A DNA stretch of 64,000 nt from Bacteriovoracia bacterium (GCA_050246755.1 JBFWVL010000001.1:192001-256000); one strand, 5' to 3'; counted from the stretch's first letter, positions 49,026 through 63,988 are shown. Numbers and translations: made by a program. Notes: a model not told the origin generated them from the letters alone.

Positions 49026-49739
49026 ATGATTCGCAAGATATCTCCTGAAATTGAAAGGGTATATTCTCAGCTGCGCTGGGTTCACCTGCGCACCTTTCGC
49101 ATTATCGAATCGGTTAAAGCACATTTCGGGCGCGAACAGGTAAGCAAAATAATAGAAAAGTCCGGTATTGGAAACTCGCCCCTCGCCAATGAGCCCGATT
49201 TTTTCAGCCTTCTCAACGAGAAAAGTGCTGAAGTCTTTTTATCCGAATTGGCCTGTTCGGTAGAAAAATACGAGGCCGGCATCGTAACGGCTCTGCGCCG
49301 CCACGTATCCATTTACCGTGAGCATGTGGATGAGCAAATTTTATTTGGGTCCCGCACCGCCGGCCAAGAAGCCGGCAGGCTTTTTCTCTCCCATTCCAAG
49401 CCTGCCATCCGCCAGCGCACTCATCTCGATGTTCCGGAAACGGTGCAGGCCGTTTTTGAGCTGACCTATAGCGGGCTGCCCGGCGATAAGAATTATTTCC
49501 TCAGCCTGCGCCCGATGGGCGGCTGTAGCGTGCACTTCAATCGGTCCCCTCATTTAGCGCCGTGGGCGGCGGTGGAAGCCGAACCGAAATTTCTCTACGG
49601 GATCAAGTCGGAATGGATTTGCGGGATCCTTGATATTCTTTCACCAGATACTATTTTCTCCACCACCTCTTCGCTGGAGCATGGAAACAAATACGGCCTC
49701 GCGCATTTCCACCTGCGTGGCCAGCACGCCGGCCCCTAG
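49026..49739 (+). CDS. Hypothetical protein (possible V4R/H-NOX-like fold)
   Basis: 237-aa ORF with own TTGACC-N18-TAAAAT promoter; fold call is weak. Confidence 0.6.
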   Translation: MIRKISPEIERVYSQLRWVHLRTFRIIESVKAHFGREQVSKIIEKSGIGNSPLANEPDFFSLLNEKSAEVFLSELACSVEKYEAGIVTALRRHVSIYREHVDEQILFGSRTAGQEAGRLFLSHSKPAIRQRTHLDVPETVQAVFELTYSGLPGDKNYFLSLRPMGGCSVHFNRSPHLAPWAAVEAEPKFLYGIKSEWICGILDILSPDTIFSTTSSLEHGNKYGLAHFHLRGQHAGP

Positions 49740-51100
49740 TTTCCCTTATCCAGCTCGGGAAGCTTGCGGTAGATCGTCCGCTGGTTGATTCCCAGAAGCT
49801 CGGCCGCCCTAACTTTGTCTCCGCCCGTAAATTCAAGCGTGCGCCTAATCGCCTCAAGCTCCATCACGTGGAGCGGGGTGCCAAGCGGGAACTGTAAAAA
49901 TAAATCCGATGCCGCCGGAGCGCCGGGAACCAGCTCGGGCTGCCCTCCCAAAAGCCCTAAATTATGCGGGCCAATTTGATCACCGCCCTCGAGCATCACC
50001 ACGGTGCGCTCGATCACGTTTTTTAGCTCACGCACATTCCCCGGCCATTGGCCCCGTTGGATGGCGGTCAACGCCTCCGCCGAAAAAGAAATATCTTTCC
50101 GCCCGTATGTGTCTTTAGCCTGGTCGAGGAAATATTGTGCCAGTAAGCCGATATCCTCTCCACGTTCCCGCAGCGGAGGCAACGCGAGGGAAACCACGTT
50201 GAGGCGATAGTAAAGATCTTCGCGAAAACTGCCTTCCGCGATTTTCTTTTTTAAATCGGAGTTGGTGGCCGCCACGATTCTTACCTCAACCTTACGCACC
50301 TCGGTTCCACCGAGGCGGAAAAACACTCCGTCTTGCAGAACGCGCAGTAATTTTACCTGCAGCGTAAGGCTCATTTCCCCGATCTCATCTAGGAAAATAG
50401 TTCCCTTGTGCGCAAGCTCGAACATCCCGGGCTTCGCGATCACGGCGCCGGTAAATGCCCCTTTTTCAAATCCAAATAATTCGCTTTCCAGCAAAGACTC
50501 CGGGATCGCCCCACAATTTACGGTGATAAGCGCCCCTTCCCGCCCGCTTTCCGCGTGAATCGATTTGGCGACAATCTCTTTCCCCGTGCCGCTTTCGCCC
50601 TCGATTAAAACCGAGGCCGAGGTGCGCGCCAGCATTTTCACCGTGCGCTTGATCTGGGATATGCTGGCGGAGCTTCCAATAAAAGCCGCCTTGCCATTAG
50701 ATTCGACACCGACCTTTCTCTTGGCCAGCGTATCCTGCACGCAGCGGAGCAGGGTTTCCCGCCGGATCGGCTTGGAAAGAAAATCAACCGCGCCGAGCTT
50801 CATCACCTCTACCGCATCGGTTACGGTGCCGTAGGCCGTTAATACCACCACCGGCACGCTCAGGCCTTCTTTGCGGAGCGCGCGCAAGAGCTCCAGGCCC
50901 GAAACACCGGGCATCCGTAAATCGGTAAGCACCAAATCGAAGGACTGGCGCTTAAAGAGCGTGAGCGCCACGGCGGCCTGCTTCGCCGTCACCACTTGGT
51001 AGGCCTCCTGCTCCAGAATTCGCTGCATGGCCAGCAAATTACTTTCCTCGTCGTCTACCACTAAAATTTTCGCCCTAAACCCTTCCATGAGCCTCTCCAT
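49736..51100 (-). CDS. Sigma54-dependent response regulator (NtrC/PilR family)
   Basis: REC, GESGTGKE, ESELFG..GAFTGA, LDEIGE, WPGNVREL, Fis HTH. Confidence 0.96.
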   Translation of the reverse strand: MERLMEGFRAKILVVDDEESNLLAMQRILEQEAYQVVTAKQAAVALTLFKRQSFDLVLTDLRMPGVSGLELLRALRKEGLSVPVVVLTAYGTVTDAVEVMKLGAVDFLSKPIRRETLLRCVQDTLAKRKVGVESNGKAAFIGSSASISQIKRTVKMLARTSASVLIEGESGTGKEIVAKSIHAESGREGALITVNCGAIPESLLESELFGFEKGAFTGAVIAKPGMFELAHKGTIFLDEIGEMSLTLQVKLLRVLQDGVFFRLGGTEVRKVEVRIVAATNSDLKKKIAEGSFREDLYYRLNVVSLALPPLRERGEDIGLLAQYFLDQAKDTYGRKDISFSAEALTAIQRGQWPGNVRELKNVIERTVVMLEGGDQIGPHNLGLLGGQPELVPGAPAASDLFLQFPLGTPLHVMELEAIRRTLEFTGGDKVRAAELLGINQRTIYRKLPELDKGN

Positions 51101-52667
51101 TCTGTTCCGTCCAGTCGGCTACTGGCAGCCGCAAAGTGAACTTGGTCCCCTGCCGATAAGAACTATCAAAAGTAATATCTCCGCCGTGCGCCTCCAGCAC
51201 CTGGCGGGAATACGTGAGCCCCAGCCCCGTGCCTTGCGCTTTCGTGGTGTGAAACGGAGAAAAAATATTTTTTTGCTGCTCGGCCGACATTCCACCACCA
51301 TTATCGAAAATCGTCAGTTGAAGCTCGCGCTTAGCGGCATTAGCTTGCGTGATCACGCGGATATAAGAGGCTCCCGCGCGTTCCACGCCCTCGAATGCCT
51401 CGGATGCATTTTTCAGCAAATTACCCACCACTTGCACGAGTTGCCCTCGGTCTACTTCCACCGGCGGTAGCTCTCCGAGATCACAAGTGAAATAAATGCC
51501 TTTTTCCTTCAGCACCGGCTCGTAAAGATCGTGCAGCTCTTCCACAATCTCATTCAGTTGCACCGCCGAGCGCTGAAGGCGCGGTGCGCGGGCAAGATCG
51601 AGATAACTCTCGGTTACCGCAATCAGCCGATTGATCTCTTTCCGGATCGGTGCCATCGACTCTTTCGCGCGCGGGTTATCAGTAATCTGATCTTCGAGTA
51701 ATTCCGCATGAAGATTAAGCGCATTCAGCGGATTACGAATTTCGTGCGCCATTTGCGCCGCCATTCGCCCCACCACGCCCAACTTCTCTGAATGAATCAG
51801 CTTCGCCTGCGCGGTCCGCAGCTCTTCATTTTGCCTTCCCAGTTCCACGTGCGCCCGTTCTAGATTTTGCTTCTGGTCCTTAAGCAATTTCGTGTTGTCG
51901 AGTAGTGAGGAGGCCATTTTCAAGCTCTCGCGAGCCAGGGTGCCGATTTCGTCGAAATCCTGGGGAATTTCCGCCAGGTTTTTCACCGCGTTCTCGTCGA
52001 GGCCACGAGCGGAAATCCCGCGCATCACCTGGGCCAAGCTCTCCAGCGGGCGCAGCGATTTAGCTAGCCAGAGAGAAAAGAGAAAGGTCGCTAGGCCGCA
52101 GGTGGCCAGGAAAATCGCGAGCACGATGGCCAGCCGGCTTAACTGCTTTTGCACGTTGGTAGAAACCGAACGCATTTCCTGATCGAGATCCCTCACCAAG
52201 GTTTTTAGCTTCAGGCGAAAATCCGCGCGCTTAACAGAAAGCTCTTCGGCGTAGGTAGCGCGGCCTTCCCAATCGTTGTAGATCTTAGCCAATACGTCTG
52301 CGCAGGCCTGGTAGGAAACCCGCAAGCCGGAAATACCTCCGCTAAGCACCGGATCAGACGCGCCCTCGGCGGCGGCGAGCCTTCGCAAAAAATCTAGGCG
52401 CGAACTAATCACGGATTCTAGGGTATCGATCGGCCGGAAAATCCCTTCGTTGAGCGACTTATCCAAATCAGACTCGAGCAAAAAGAACGAGCTTTCCATC
52501 TGATTGAGTGCCTTGAGCGCGGGAACCTGCGAATCATTTACGGCTTCCATCCGCTTTTCGAGCTGGCGGAAGGTCCAGCTTCCGTAGCCGAAAGCGAGCA
52601 CGACCAGCACGGCGAGTAAGCCGAATCCAAGCAGGGTTTTCGCTTTTAGCCCGTAACGCAATGCCAC
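51075..52667 (-). CDS. Sensor histidine kinase (periplasmic helical bundle, HAMP)
   Basis: Two TM, AHEIRNPL, NLLKNA, DNGGG, FHTTK..GTGLGL. Confidence 0.94.
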   Translation of the reverse strand: MALRYGLKAKTLLGFGLLAVLVVLAFGYGSWTFRQLEKRMEAVNDSQVPALKALNQMESSFFLLESDLDKSLNEGIFRPIDTLESVISSRLDFLRRLAAAEGASDPVLSGGISGLRVSYQACADVLAKIYNDWEGRATYAEELSVKRADFRLKLKTLVRDLDQEMRSVSTNVQKQLSRLAIVLAIFLATCGLATFLFSLWLAKSLRPLESLAQVMRGISARGLDENAVKNLAEIPQDFDEIGTLARESLKMASSLLDNTKLLKDQKQNLERAHVELGRQNEELRTAQAKLIHSEKLGVVGRMAAQMAHEIRNPLNALNLHAELLEDQITDNPRAKESMAPIRKEINRLIAVTESYLDLARAPRLQRSAVQLNEIVEELHDLYEPVLKEKGIYFTCDLGELPPVEVDRGQLVQVVGNLLKNASEAFEGVERAGASYIRVITQANAAKRELQLTIFDNGGGMSAEQQKNIFSPFHTTKAQGTGLGLTYSRQVLEAHGGDITFDSSYRQGTKFTLRLPVADWTEQNGEAHGRV

Positions 52668-52668
52668 C

Positions 52669-53649
52669 TCAATTCAAATAAGTCACCGGCAACGAAAGCA
52701 AATAGCCGCGTAAGTAAAGCTCTAGAATCGCCAGGTCCGCCTCGTTATTCGTTTTATCGCGATTCAAATCGAAGGCCGGAATGCAATTTTTCCCTTTGCA
52801 CTGGCTCGCGCTGGAGGCCTCGGCACAACTGCCGTTCTTCACTTCATTTGCCGGCCGGCCTACTTCCACAAGGTACGTAGTTTCGCCCACGTCGGCCCCG
52901 CCAGTTTCAAGGTAGCGCCGCGCCCAGCGAAGATCGTCCGTATTGATCACGGTGCTCAAAGCTCCAGAGCCTTCCGTGAGGCTTCCGTAGTAACGAGACG
53001 GCAGGTAGGCGCAGGAAGAAGTAGAGGCAGAGCCGCCCGGCACCGCTACCGTCACTCCGGTGAAGCTATCGCCAACGCAGGAGCTGAGCGTGCATACGTT
53101 GATCAACGTGGACCATTGACTGAACACGCTTCCATTGATCGCCACGCTCACCCGCACGTTCGCGTCTTGCGGGCAATCGTTAGACTGAGTCAAGTCGGTT
53201 CCCACCACCTGACCCACCGTAACCACGTATACTAAATTTTCTAAACTCACGGCAAGCTGTCGGCAGCCGGTACTACCAACCGGGGTGCAAAGATTAAATC
53301 TCTCGGTGGAGGATAACTGCGCGCCATGCTCCTTTGTTTGAGCAACCGCGTAGGACAAATTGCTCCCAAGTCCCGCGCTATTAGGATCGGCGGGAAGTTT
53401 TTCCAAACGCGAAAGCCGGCTATTCAAAACTTTAGGGTCGCAGCTCGACTCGTTCGCGTAAATCGTCTGCACTCTTTTAGTGGCGGCGGAAAGAACTTCG
53501 TATGCCGTTTGGCTGGCATCGAGACGGCTCACCAGCGTGGCCACGTTCTCCTGGCGCCGCGCCGCGAATAGGATGGTAAAGGCCATCAAAATTCCCATCA
53601 GCAAAACGGTCATCAAGATGCCTTGGCCCTTTTGGTTTTTTAAAGACAT
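52669..53649 (-). CDS. PilX-like minor pilin with C-terminal dockerin/EF-hand-like motif
   Basis: NQKG|QGILMTVLL prepilin-like N-terminus; FDLNRDKTNNEADL. Confidence 0.65.
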   Translation of the reverse strand: MSLKNQKGQGILMTVLLMGILMAFTILFAARRQENVATLVSRLDASQTAYEVLSAATKRVQTIYANESSCDPKVLNSRLSRLEKLPADPNSAGLGSNLSYAVAQTKEHGAQLSSTERFNLCTPVGSTGCRQLAVSLENLVYVVTVGQVVGTDLTQSNDCPQDANVRVSVAINGSVFSQWSTLINVCTLSSCVGDSFTGVTVAVPGGSASTSSCAYLPSRYYGSLTEGSGALSTVINTDDLRWARRYLETGGADVGETTYLVEVGRPANEVKNGSCAEASSASQCKGKNCIPAFDLNRDKTNNEADLAILELYLRGYLLSLPVTYLN

Positions 53650-54737
53650 ACGCCACTCGCTTCTTGCTCGGAGCAACATTCCTCACCAGAGGAAGCGGCG
53701 GCCCCACTTGCCTTGCAGGCAATGCAGCTATGGGCAGAAGAGATCGCTAGGGAACAACAGTCACTCTTATTGCCCGCACTCTCGCCATTTACTATGCACT
53801 TTCTCTTTCCCTGTGCGCGCCACTGATACACTCCTCGCGTAGCGATATTCCGAAAAGAGTATTTTAGGCGCACCTCGCGTATCGTTCCGCGGAGATAATT
53901 TTTTCCGTCGGGGTGCCAGCTTTCATAGAGAAAACTCGAAGGTTTATTCTCCGTAGTGGCGCGGGTCTTTAGCTTCAGGTTGAGGGCAAAAAGCATTCCG
54001 GAAGATTGGGCCGTGGTACCCGATTGCACAAAACCACAGCTAAGCTGAGAGATTCCGAGCGCCGTGGATCCTCGGGAATCTGACTTTCCTATCCATAATC
54101 CGCCGGTTGAAGGATCTTGGTCCCCGATAACAATCTTAAGCTGCCCAGGCGTAGAGGCGTCAGCTCCCGCTTCTTTTACTGGGGCTTTGTACAGCAAACG
54201 AACCTGCAGCTTGCATCCTTTGGCGCTAACACCACTAAGCCCTGCTAAAGTCTCACAGTTTCCCGTTCCGCCGACCATGCTTCCCGATGTTTGCAGACCC
54301 AGAAGGCCAGCTGCTCCCGTAAGCGGAGCATTTCCGCCAAAAGACTCAAAATCACCTTTAAAAATCTCGAGCCCGGGATCCGCATTAGATCCCGCGTAGG
54401 TCGGCCCCAAAATCGGATCTTTCCCGATACTGGGATCTCCGGAAACCGGTTCTACCCAGGTACAACCCGACATAGCTGTACTAACGGTACCGTGACAGCC
54501 ACAGCTCTGGATCCTCACGATTTGGGGCATGATCGCATTGAGCTGAGAAATCGCGTCGGAAGAGCCTTCGATAGAATTCGCCGAACTATGAAAATAAGCC
54601 GCGAAATTAGTGGTTTGCCCAAGCAGGCTCATCAGCGCAAAAAACAAGAAACTGCCGAGCCCAGCGGCAATCAGGACTTCGATTAGCGTGTAACCGCCTT
54701 CTCGTGGCGATTTAGTCGGAATTGAGCAGTTTGGCAT
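53640..54737 (-). CDS. PilW-like minor pilin with Cys-rich C-terminal repeats
   Basis: EGG|YTLIEVLIA class III signal; two C-x3-G-x7-CCS repeats. Confidence 0.82.
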   Translation of the reverse strand: MPNCSIPTKSPREGGYTLIEVLIAAGLGSFLFFALMSLLGQTTNFAAYFHSSANSIEGSSDAISQLNAIMPQIVRIQSCGCHGTVSTAMSGCTWVEPVSGDPSIGKDPILGPTYAGSNADPGLEIFKGDFESFGGNAPLTGAAGLLGLQTSGSMVGGTGNCETLAGLSGVSAKGCKLQVRLLYKAPVKEAGADASTPGQLKIVIGDQDPSTGGLWIGKSDSRGSTALGISQLSCGFVQSGTTAQSSGMLFALNLKLKTRATTENKPSSFLYESWHPDGKNYLRGTIREVRLKYSFRNIATRGVYQWRAQGKRKCIVNGESAGNKSDCCSLAISSAHSCIACKASGAAASSGEECCSEQEASGVCL

Positions 54738-54790
54738 TCTGGCAAAAAGCTTAACAAGACCAAGAGACAGTGAGCAATGTCTTTGTTTTT

Positions 54791-54818
54791 TCAAGAAAAA
54801 GCGCTTCTTTGTCGATAG
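54791..54818 (+). promoter_or_regulatory. Sigma28 (FliA)-like promoter
   Basis: TCAAG-N15-GTCGATAG, 7 nt before ATG 54826. Confidence 0.6.
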
Positions 54819-54825
54819 TTAAGCG

Positions 54826-56649
54826 ATGGACCAGGCGAAGGAAAAACTCAAAATCCTGCTTATTCATCGCCCCCAAACGGAGGATGGCGATGTCTCGTGG
54901 ACTCGCTTCGCTAAAGCGTTGGCTAGTTTCACGAACCTCGAACTCGTGGAGTCGGATTCCTTTCTTCACGGCGATTTACCCGAGCATCCCCTCGCTTCGT
55001 TTCAACATATTTTTCTCGACTACTCACTCTGCGACTGGGCATTTCTCGATTCGTTTAGCGCAGCCCCACTCTCTCTGGTGACGAAAAACAACTTTAGCTT
55101 GGAATCCGAGGGGAACCGCGAGCTTATCGGCACGAAACTCAAGGGGCGCAGCTGCCTAAATATTTCGGACCTTAGCGCCACCGATATGGCGCGCATCCTC
55201 CACCTTTACTTAATTCCCAAACGGGTAGCCGGCGTGATTCCGCTTCTGGAAAAAAATGCCGTGATCCTCGGAGAGAAAATCCAGGGGCCCGAGTCCATCG
55301 GCTCCTCGCTGGATCGTTTGGCCACGTACCTGGAACAGATGGAAAGTTTCGAGCTGAAGCTGCGCATTCCCGATCTGCGCCAGGTGCTCTCCGCCGTATT
55401 GCTGGAAAGCTACCGCTTAGCGAAAGCCTCAAATACCTTCTATCCCACCATCGACTTTCAAGTCGGGATTTCGGCGAAGAAACTTGTCATTAACCTACGC
55501 TTTCAAAACAACAGCCTCTCTCTTTCCAACTTAGCCTCGGGCGCCCTCAATGGTACCGATCTTTTCTGGCAGCAGGCTTGGCTTTGCAGCGATCTCTCTC
55601 TCTTCACCGAGCACACGGCCCACCAAGAGCTTGAAGTTATGTTCATGCTATTTAAGCCGCAACGCGACTCCTCTGCCGTGTTTCACTCCCTGCTGCTGAA
55701 GACGCTGGAGAAAAGCGGTAAGCGCGAAAACTTACTTTCCAAGCCCCAGGATTTTACTTTTCAGTTTTTGTCCGACGTGCGCCTGAAAAAAGTAGACGTC
55801 GGCTCCGTGCAGATGGACGCGAACGAAATCTCCTCCGACATCGATCTCGGCACCCTTCCCGAGCCGGTGCAAGCCAAGCTTAAGGAATTGACCGAGAGCC
55901 TAGCTTTTAGCCAGGATCAGCTCGCGAGCCGGGAAAACGAGGTTCGCGAAATCATCGCCCGGCTTTCCGCCGTGGAGCTAGAAATGCAGCAAAAGCGCGG
56001 TGAGGTTCTCCGTTTAGGAAAAATCAACCAGGCTCAGTCCGGCACGGCCGCCAAACGCATTCGCGACCTAGAGCGCCGCCTCCAAAACCTACAGGCCCAG
56101 CAGCAGGCGGAGCAACGTGCGGTAAAAGAAACCAAATCCGACGCCGGCACGGCGGAAATATTGCCAAAGCTCGAGGCCAATATTCGGGTGCTCGAGGGAG
56201 AAAAACTACAGCTGCAGGAAAAGTTCACTTCCGAGCAAAGACGCTATGCGGCCCTCGAACAAAAGTACAATGCGCTCTACAAAGAGCTTTCCGCCAAAGA
56301 TAAGGACATCAACGAATTAAAGTCCGGCATGCTTAAGCTCAGGAAAGAAAACGACAAGAACGAGAATGCCGCCGCGGCCGCCAAGTCCGCCACCGCCGTG
56401 TCCTCTAACGACTCCGCGAAAGTAAAAGAGCTTGAACTGCGTGAAACCGCGCTTAAGCAAGAGCTTAAAAAAATGGTATTCAAAGTAGAGAATAATGAAA
56501 AGAATGTGAAGGCGATCCAAAACGAATCAGCCGAGAAAATGAAGCTTTTCGAGCAAAAACTTCAGGCAGCGAAAGCTAAGGAATTAGAGCTGCTGAAAAA
56601 AATCGACGATCTGGCGGCCTTGGTGAAAAAAGCCAGTAAGGCGGCGTGA
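54826..56649 (+). CDS. Hypothetical protein with long C-terminal coiled coil
   Basis: 607 aa; heptad-rich E/K/Q/L C-terminal ~260 aa. Confidence 0.8.
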   Translation: MDQAKEKLKILLIHRPQTEDGDVSWTRFAKALASFTNLELVESDSFLHGDLPEHPLASFQHIFLDYSLCDWAFLDSFSAAPLSLVTKNNFSLESEGNRELIGTKLKGRSCLNISDLSATDMARILHLYLIPKRVAGVIPLLEKNAVILGEKIQGPESIGSSLDRLATYLEQMESFELKLRIPDLRQVLSAVLLESYRLAKASNTFYPTIDFQVGISAKKLVINLRFQNNSLSLSNLASGALNGTDLFWQQAWLCSDLSLFTEHTAHQELEVMFMLFKPQRDSSAVFHSLLLKTLEKSGKRENLLSKPQDFTFQFLSDVRLKKVDVGSVQMDANEISSDIDLGTLPEPVQAKLKELTESLAFSQDQLASRENEVREIIARLSAVELEMQQKRGEVLRLGKINQAQSGTAAKRIRDLERRLQNLQAQQQAEQRAVKETKSDAGTAEILPKLEANIRVLEGEKLQLQEKFTSEQRRYAALEQKYNALYKELSAKDKDINELKSGMLKLRKENDKNENAAAAAKSATAVSSNDSAKVKELELRETALKQELKKMVFKVENNEKNVKAIQNESAEKMKLFEQKLQAAKAKELELLKKIDDLAALVKKASKAA

Positions 56650-58493
56650 TGAGCGATAAATTCCTTAAAATCCCCATCTCCCGCTTCGAAGCTTCGAAAG
56701 TATTTTCTTGCGACGTCTTCCTACATCTCGTGCTGAACGGGCGTTACGTACGCCTGGCAAGCGCTGGCGACGAAATGTCTCCGGCCATGCTCGCCCGAAT
56801 GATCGAGAAGGGCGTGGCGTCGCTTTGCGTGCCCACTAACGGACAAGAAGGGCTCGATCCCAATACGATCTCCCTTTACGCGGCTCCGCCCGTTCCGGTA
56901 GAGACCATCGCTAGCATACCCACCGGAAGCAATGCGGTTGTGGAGCCCGTCCCCGTCGAAGCTTCTTTTGCGCCGAACCCTTCCACGCCGGAAGAAGCAA
57001 TCACCGTTGCCAGCACTCCCGAAGAAAATATTCCCGAGCAAACATTCAGCGCGGATAGCCCCGTGGAATTAACGTCCCAGTCCTTTTCCGCCTCCTCTCC
57101 GGAAAAGCCCGAGGAGATACACATTGCGGGCTCGCCGCCAGCCGAAAAATTGGAAGAGATTCACATCGCCGGAGCTCCGTCGCCGGAAGAGCCGGAACAG
57201 GTGTTCACCAACACGGCCGAGATTGAAGGCGAAGGAAACGATCTCCTTGCACGGCTAAAAAGCATCCTCCTGGGCGAAAAGCTCGCGAAAGAAACAGAGG
57301 AGTTTCACGAGAAGCTTTCCGCCTTGCCCGTGAAAGAGCGAAAAAAGCTTCGCCGTGAATTCACGGCCCTGAGCGAGGCCTCGGATCGCGTGAATTCAAA
57401 TCGGGTGGATGCCTCCCTCGAAAGAAAATATTCCGTCGTTTCCGAGATCGCGGAATTTCAAGCCCTCGGCACCCCCGCCGCCACGCCAGATCTTTTAGTC
57501 CGCGCTTCCGAGCGGATTGTGACGGCGCTAAAGGTGCTCGACATAGGCCGGGCGCAGCTAATCGTGTGCGGGCGCCTCATCACTGAATCGGAAGAATTTC
57601 GGGAGAGCGTAGCGCTCAGTCGCTTAGGAAAAATCTCGGGCGGACCGCCAAAAACCGAAAAAGAGAAAACCACGCTGGCCGAAGACGTTAAAAACTCCAT
57701 CATGGTAAACAGAATCTCAGAAGAGATCTTAAAATTCTCCGCTTCCCACGAGGAGGAAGAAGAGCAGAGATTTTCTCCGGAGCTCGCTTCGCTGGAACGC
57801 GCCCTGGAAACGGTTTCCGCTGGAGGAGCTCTTCCCGAAGAAATGGAGAATAGATTCTCGGCCGACGAAGAAGCAAAAGAGCTGATTACCGTTTTCTCCA
57901 GCTCGGGGGATGATGCCGCGAAAAAAATCGCCGAGCACGTGAAGATCACATCCGACCGCCGCGACCAAGCCATGGAAGAGCTCCACAGCCAACGGAACGA
58001 CGGCAGCTTGGTAAGGGCCAAAAGCCACCGCGATTTGCCGGCAACCGTCAGCCGCCTGGCGGCCTACCTAGGCTACTCGTTGGGGTATACCAACCTAAAT
58101 TTACTTTCCGATCTGGCTCTCACCGCGGTACTTCATTTTGCCCAAAAAGAAGAAGAGGTACGCTTTAGCAAAGAAGCAATTCCCCCTTTCGTCCAGGCAG
58201 TGATGGAAAAAAATGCTAGCACTGATTTTGTGGCGGGAGATGCCCAGGAAATCATTCAGGTGATCGACGCCTACATCAGTAATCCGGAATGCGACCGTCA
58301 GCAGAAGGATTTCGTAAAAAGGGTTTTCGACCAGACGCTAGAGATGCTCGCGGAAGAGTCAAAGCCTCTGGACGCGATTAATCTCGCAAAGTGGTCGAAA
58401 TTTGTGGAAAGGGGCGCCGATCTTACGGGGCACAGTATTTGTGTAAAGGCCTCGGCTAGCGCCATTAAGCTATCTAAGTCGGTGATAATCTAG
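56646..58493 (+). CDS. Hypothetical protein with degenerate HD-GYP-like ends and acidic Pro-rich linker
   Basis: N-terminal DVFLHL..N.RYV..KGV module; C-terminal RLAAYLGYSLG..LALTAVLHF. Confidence 0.6.
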   Translation: MMSDKFLKIPISRFEASKVFSCDVFLHLVLNGRYVRLASAGDEMSPAMLARMIEKGVASLCVPTNGQEGLDPNTISLYAAPPVPVETIASIPTGSNAVVEPVPVEASFAPNPSTPEEAITVASTPEENIPEQTFSADSPVELTSQSFSASSPEKPEEIHIAGSPPAEKLEEIHIAGAPSPEEPEQVFTNTAEIEGEGNDLLARLKSILLGEKLAKETEEFHEKLSALPVKERKKLRREFTALSEASDRVNSNRVDASLERKYSVVSEIAEFQALGTPAATPDLLVRASERIVTALKVLDIGRAQLIVCGRLITESEEFRESVALSRLGKISGGPPKTEKEKTTLAEDVKNSIMVNRISEEILKFSASHEEEEEQRFSPELASLERALETVSAGGALPEEMENRFSADEEAKELITVFSSSGDDAAKKIAEHVKITSDRRDQAMEELHSQRNDGSLVRAKSHRDLPATVSRLAAYLGYSLGYTNLNLLSDLALTAVLHFAQKEEEVRFSKEAIPPFVQAVMEKNASTDFVAGDAQEIIQVIDAYISNPECDRQQKDFVKRVFDQTLEMLAEESKPLDAINLAKWSKFVERGADLTGHSICVKASASAIKLSKSVII

Positions 58494-58496
58494 CGA

Positions 58497-58730
58497 CTAA
58501 GCGCCGTCGTCGCCGATGGCTTCAACCGGACATGCTGCTTTAGCTGCCTTACAGGCTTCTTCTTCCTCAGGACTCTGCGGCTGTTTCGCTACCGCAGAAT
58601 GACCGTCGGCATCATTCATCTTGAAGTTCTTGGGAGCCTCATTCACGCATGCATCACAGGCAATACACTGCTCATCCACGTAGTATTTTCCGGGGGTATT
58701 ATCAGGGTATTTGTGAGCTTTATCGGCCAT
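58497..58730 (-). CDS. Ferredoxin (single cluster)
   Basis: YYVDEQCIACDAC...AP...CPVEAIG; GAGG RBS before MADK. Confidence 0.93.
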   Translation of the reverse strand: MADKAHKYPDNTPGKYYVDEQCIACDACVNEAPKNFKMNDADGHSAVAKQPQSPEEEEACKAAKAACPVEAIGDDGA

Positions 58731-58777
58731 GGCGGCTATCCTCAAGTGCTTGCTATCTATATATTACGTTAAACCAG

Positions 58778-58818
58778 AAAAAGGAAAAGCCCCGAAGGAT
58801 TACTCCTCCGAGGCTTTA
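58778..58818 (-). terminator. rRNA operon terminator
   Basis: Minus strand aaagcctcggagga-gtaa-tccttcggggctttt followed by T run. Confidence 0.8.
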
Positions 58819-58821
58819 TAA

Positions 58822-58938
58822 ATGGGCGTCGTGCTATCTTTGCACAGGGCTTCCCCTGCACTAGTTTTGCCGCAGACCTGCTTAACTGCCGTGTTCGGAA
58901 TGGGAACGGGTGGGACCAGGTCGCTATAAACACCCAAA
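58822..58938 (-). rRNA. rrf: 5S rRNA
   Basis: CCCGTTCCCATTCCGAACACGG core on minus strand; complementary ends; boundaries approximate. Confidence 0.95.
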
Positions 58939-59116
58939 GTGTTAGTAGCTAATTCTGTTCTTGATATCAAGGTGAAATCTGTAGAAGTGCGCTCTAGAAG
59001 AAGCGAATCAACAGTTGAAGATTAAACGTTTTATAGTTTCAGAAGATCAATATAGGTACAAATTCAATTTCTTGGATTTGTGTATTTCTTAGAGTCTTGC
59101 GACCTAAGAAAAAAAT

Positions 59117-62119
<3,003 letters not shown>

Positions 62120-62299
62120 ATCTTTGGAACTATTTAACGAGTTCTCGCAAATACATGCGAGAACATACAACAATGAAATTGTGTTTATAATCTTCTACTA
62201 TTGACGTGCTCCCGCTTGAGCGCACATCAACAGACTTCACCTTGTCAAAGAACAGAGAGAGAATTGCTTCTCACTACAACATGCGAAAGAGAGTCAAAT

Positions 62300-62376
62300 T
62301 GGTGGGCCCGAGTAGACTCGAACTACTGACCTCACCCTTATCAGGGGTGTGCTCTAACCAACTGAGCTACGAGCCC
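62300..62376 (-). tRNA. tRNA-Ile (GAT), only tRNA in the 16S-23S spacer
   Basis: GGGCTCGTAGCTCAGTTGG...CTGATAA...GTTCGAG...CCCACCA on minus strand. Confidence 0.97.
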
Positions 62377-62434
62377 CTGCTCTGCTCTTTCACAGCTAGG
62401 TAGGAAATTTCACGGTGCAAACATTAAAACTGTT

Positions 62435-63988
<1,554 letters not shown>

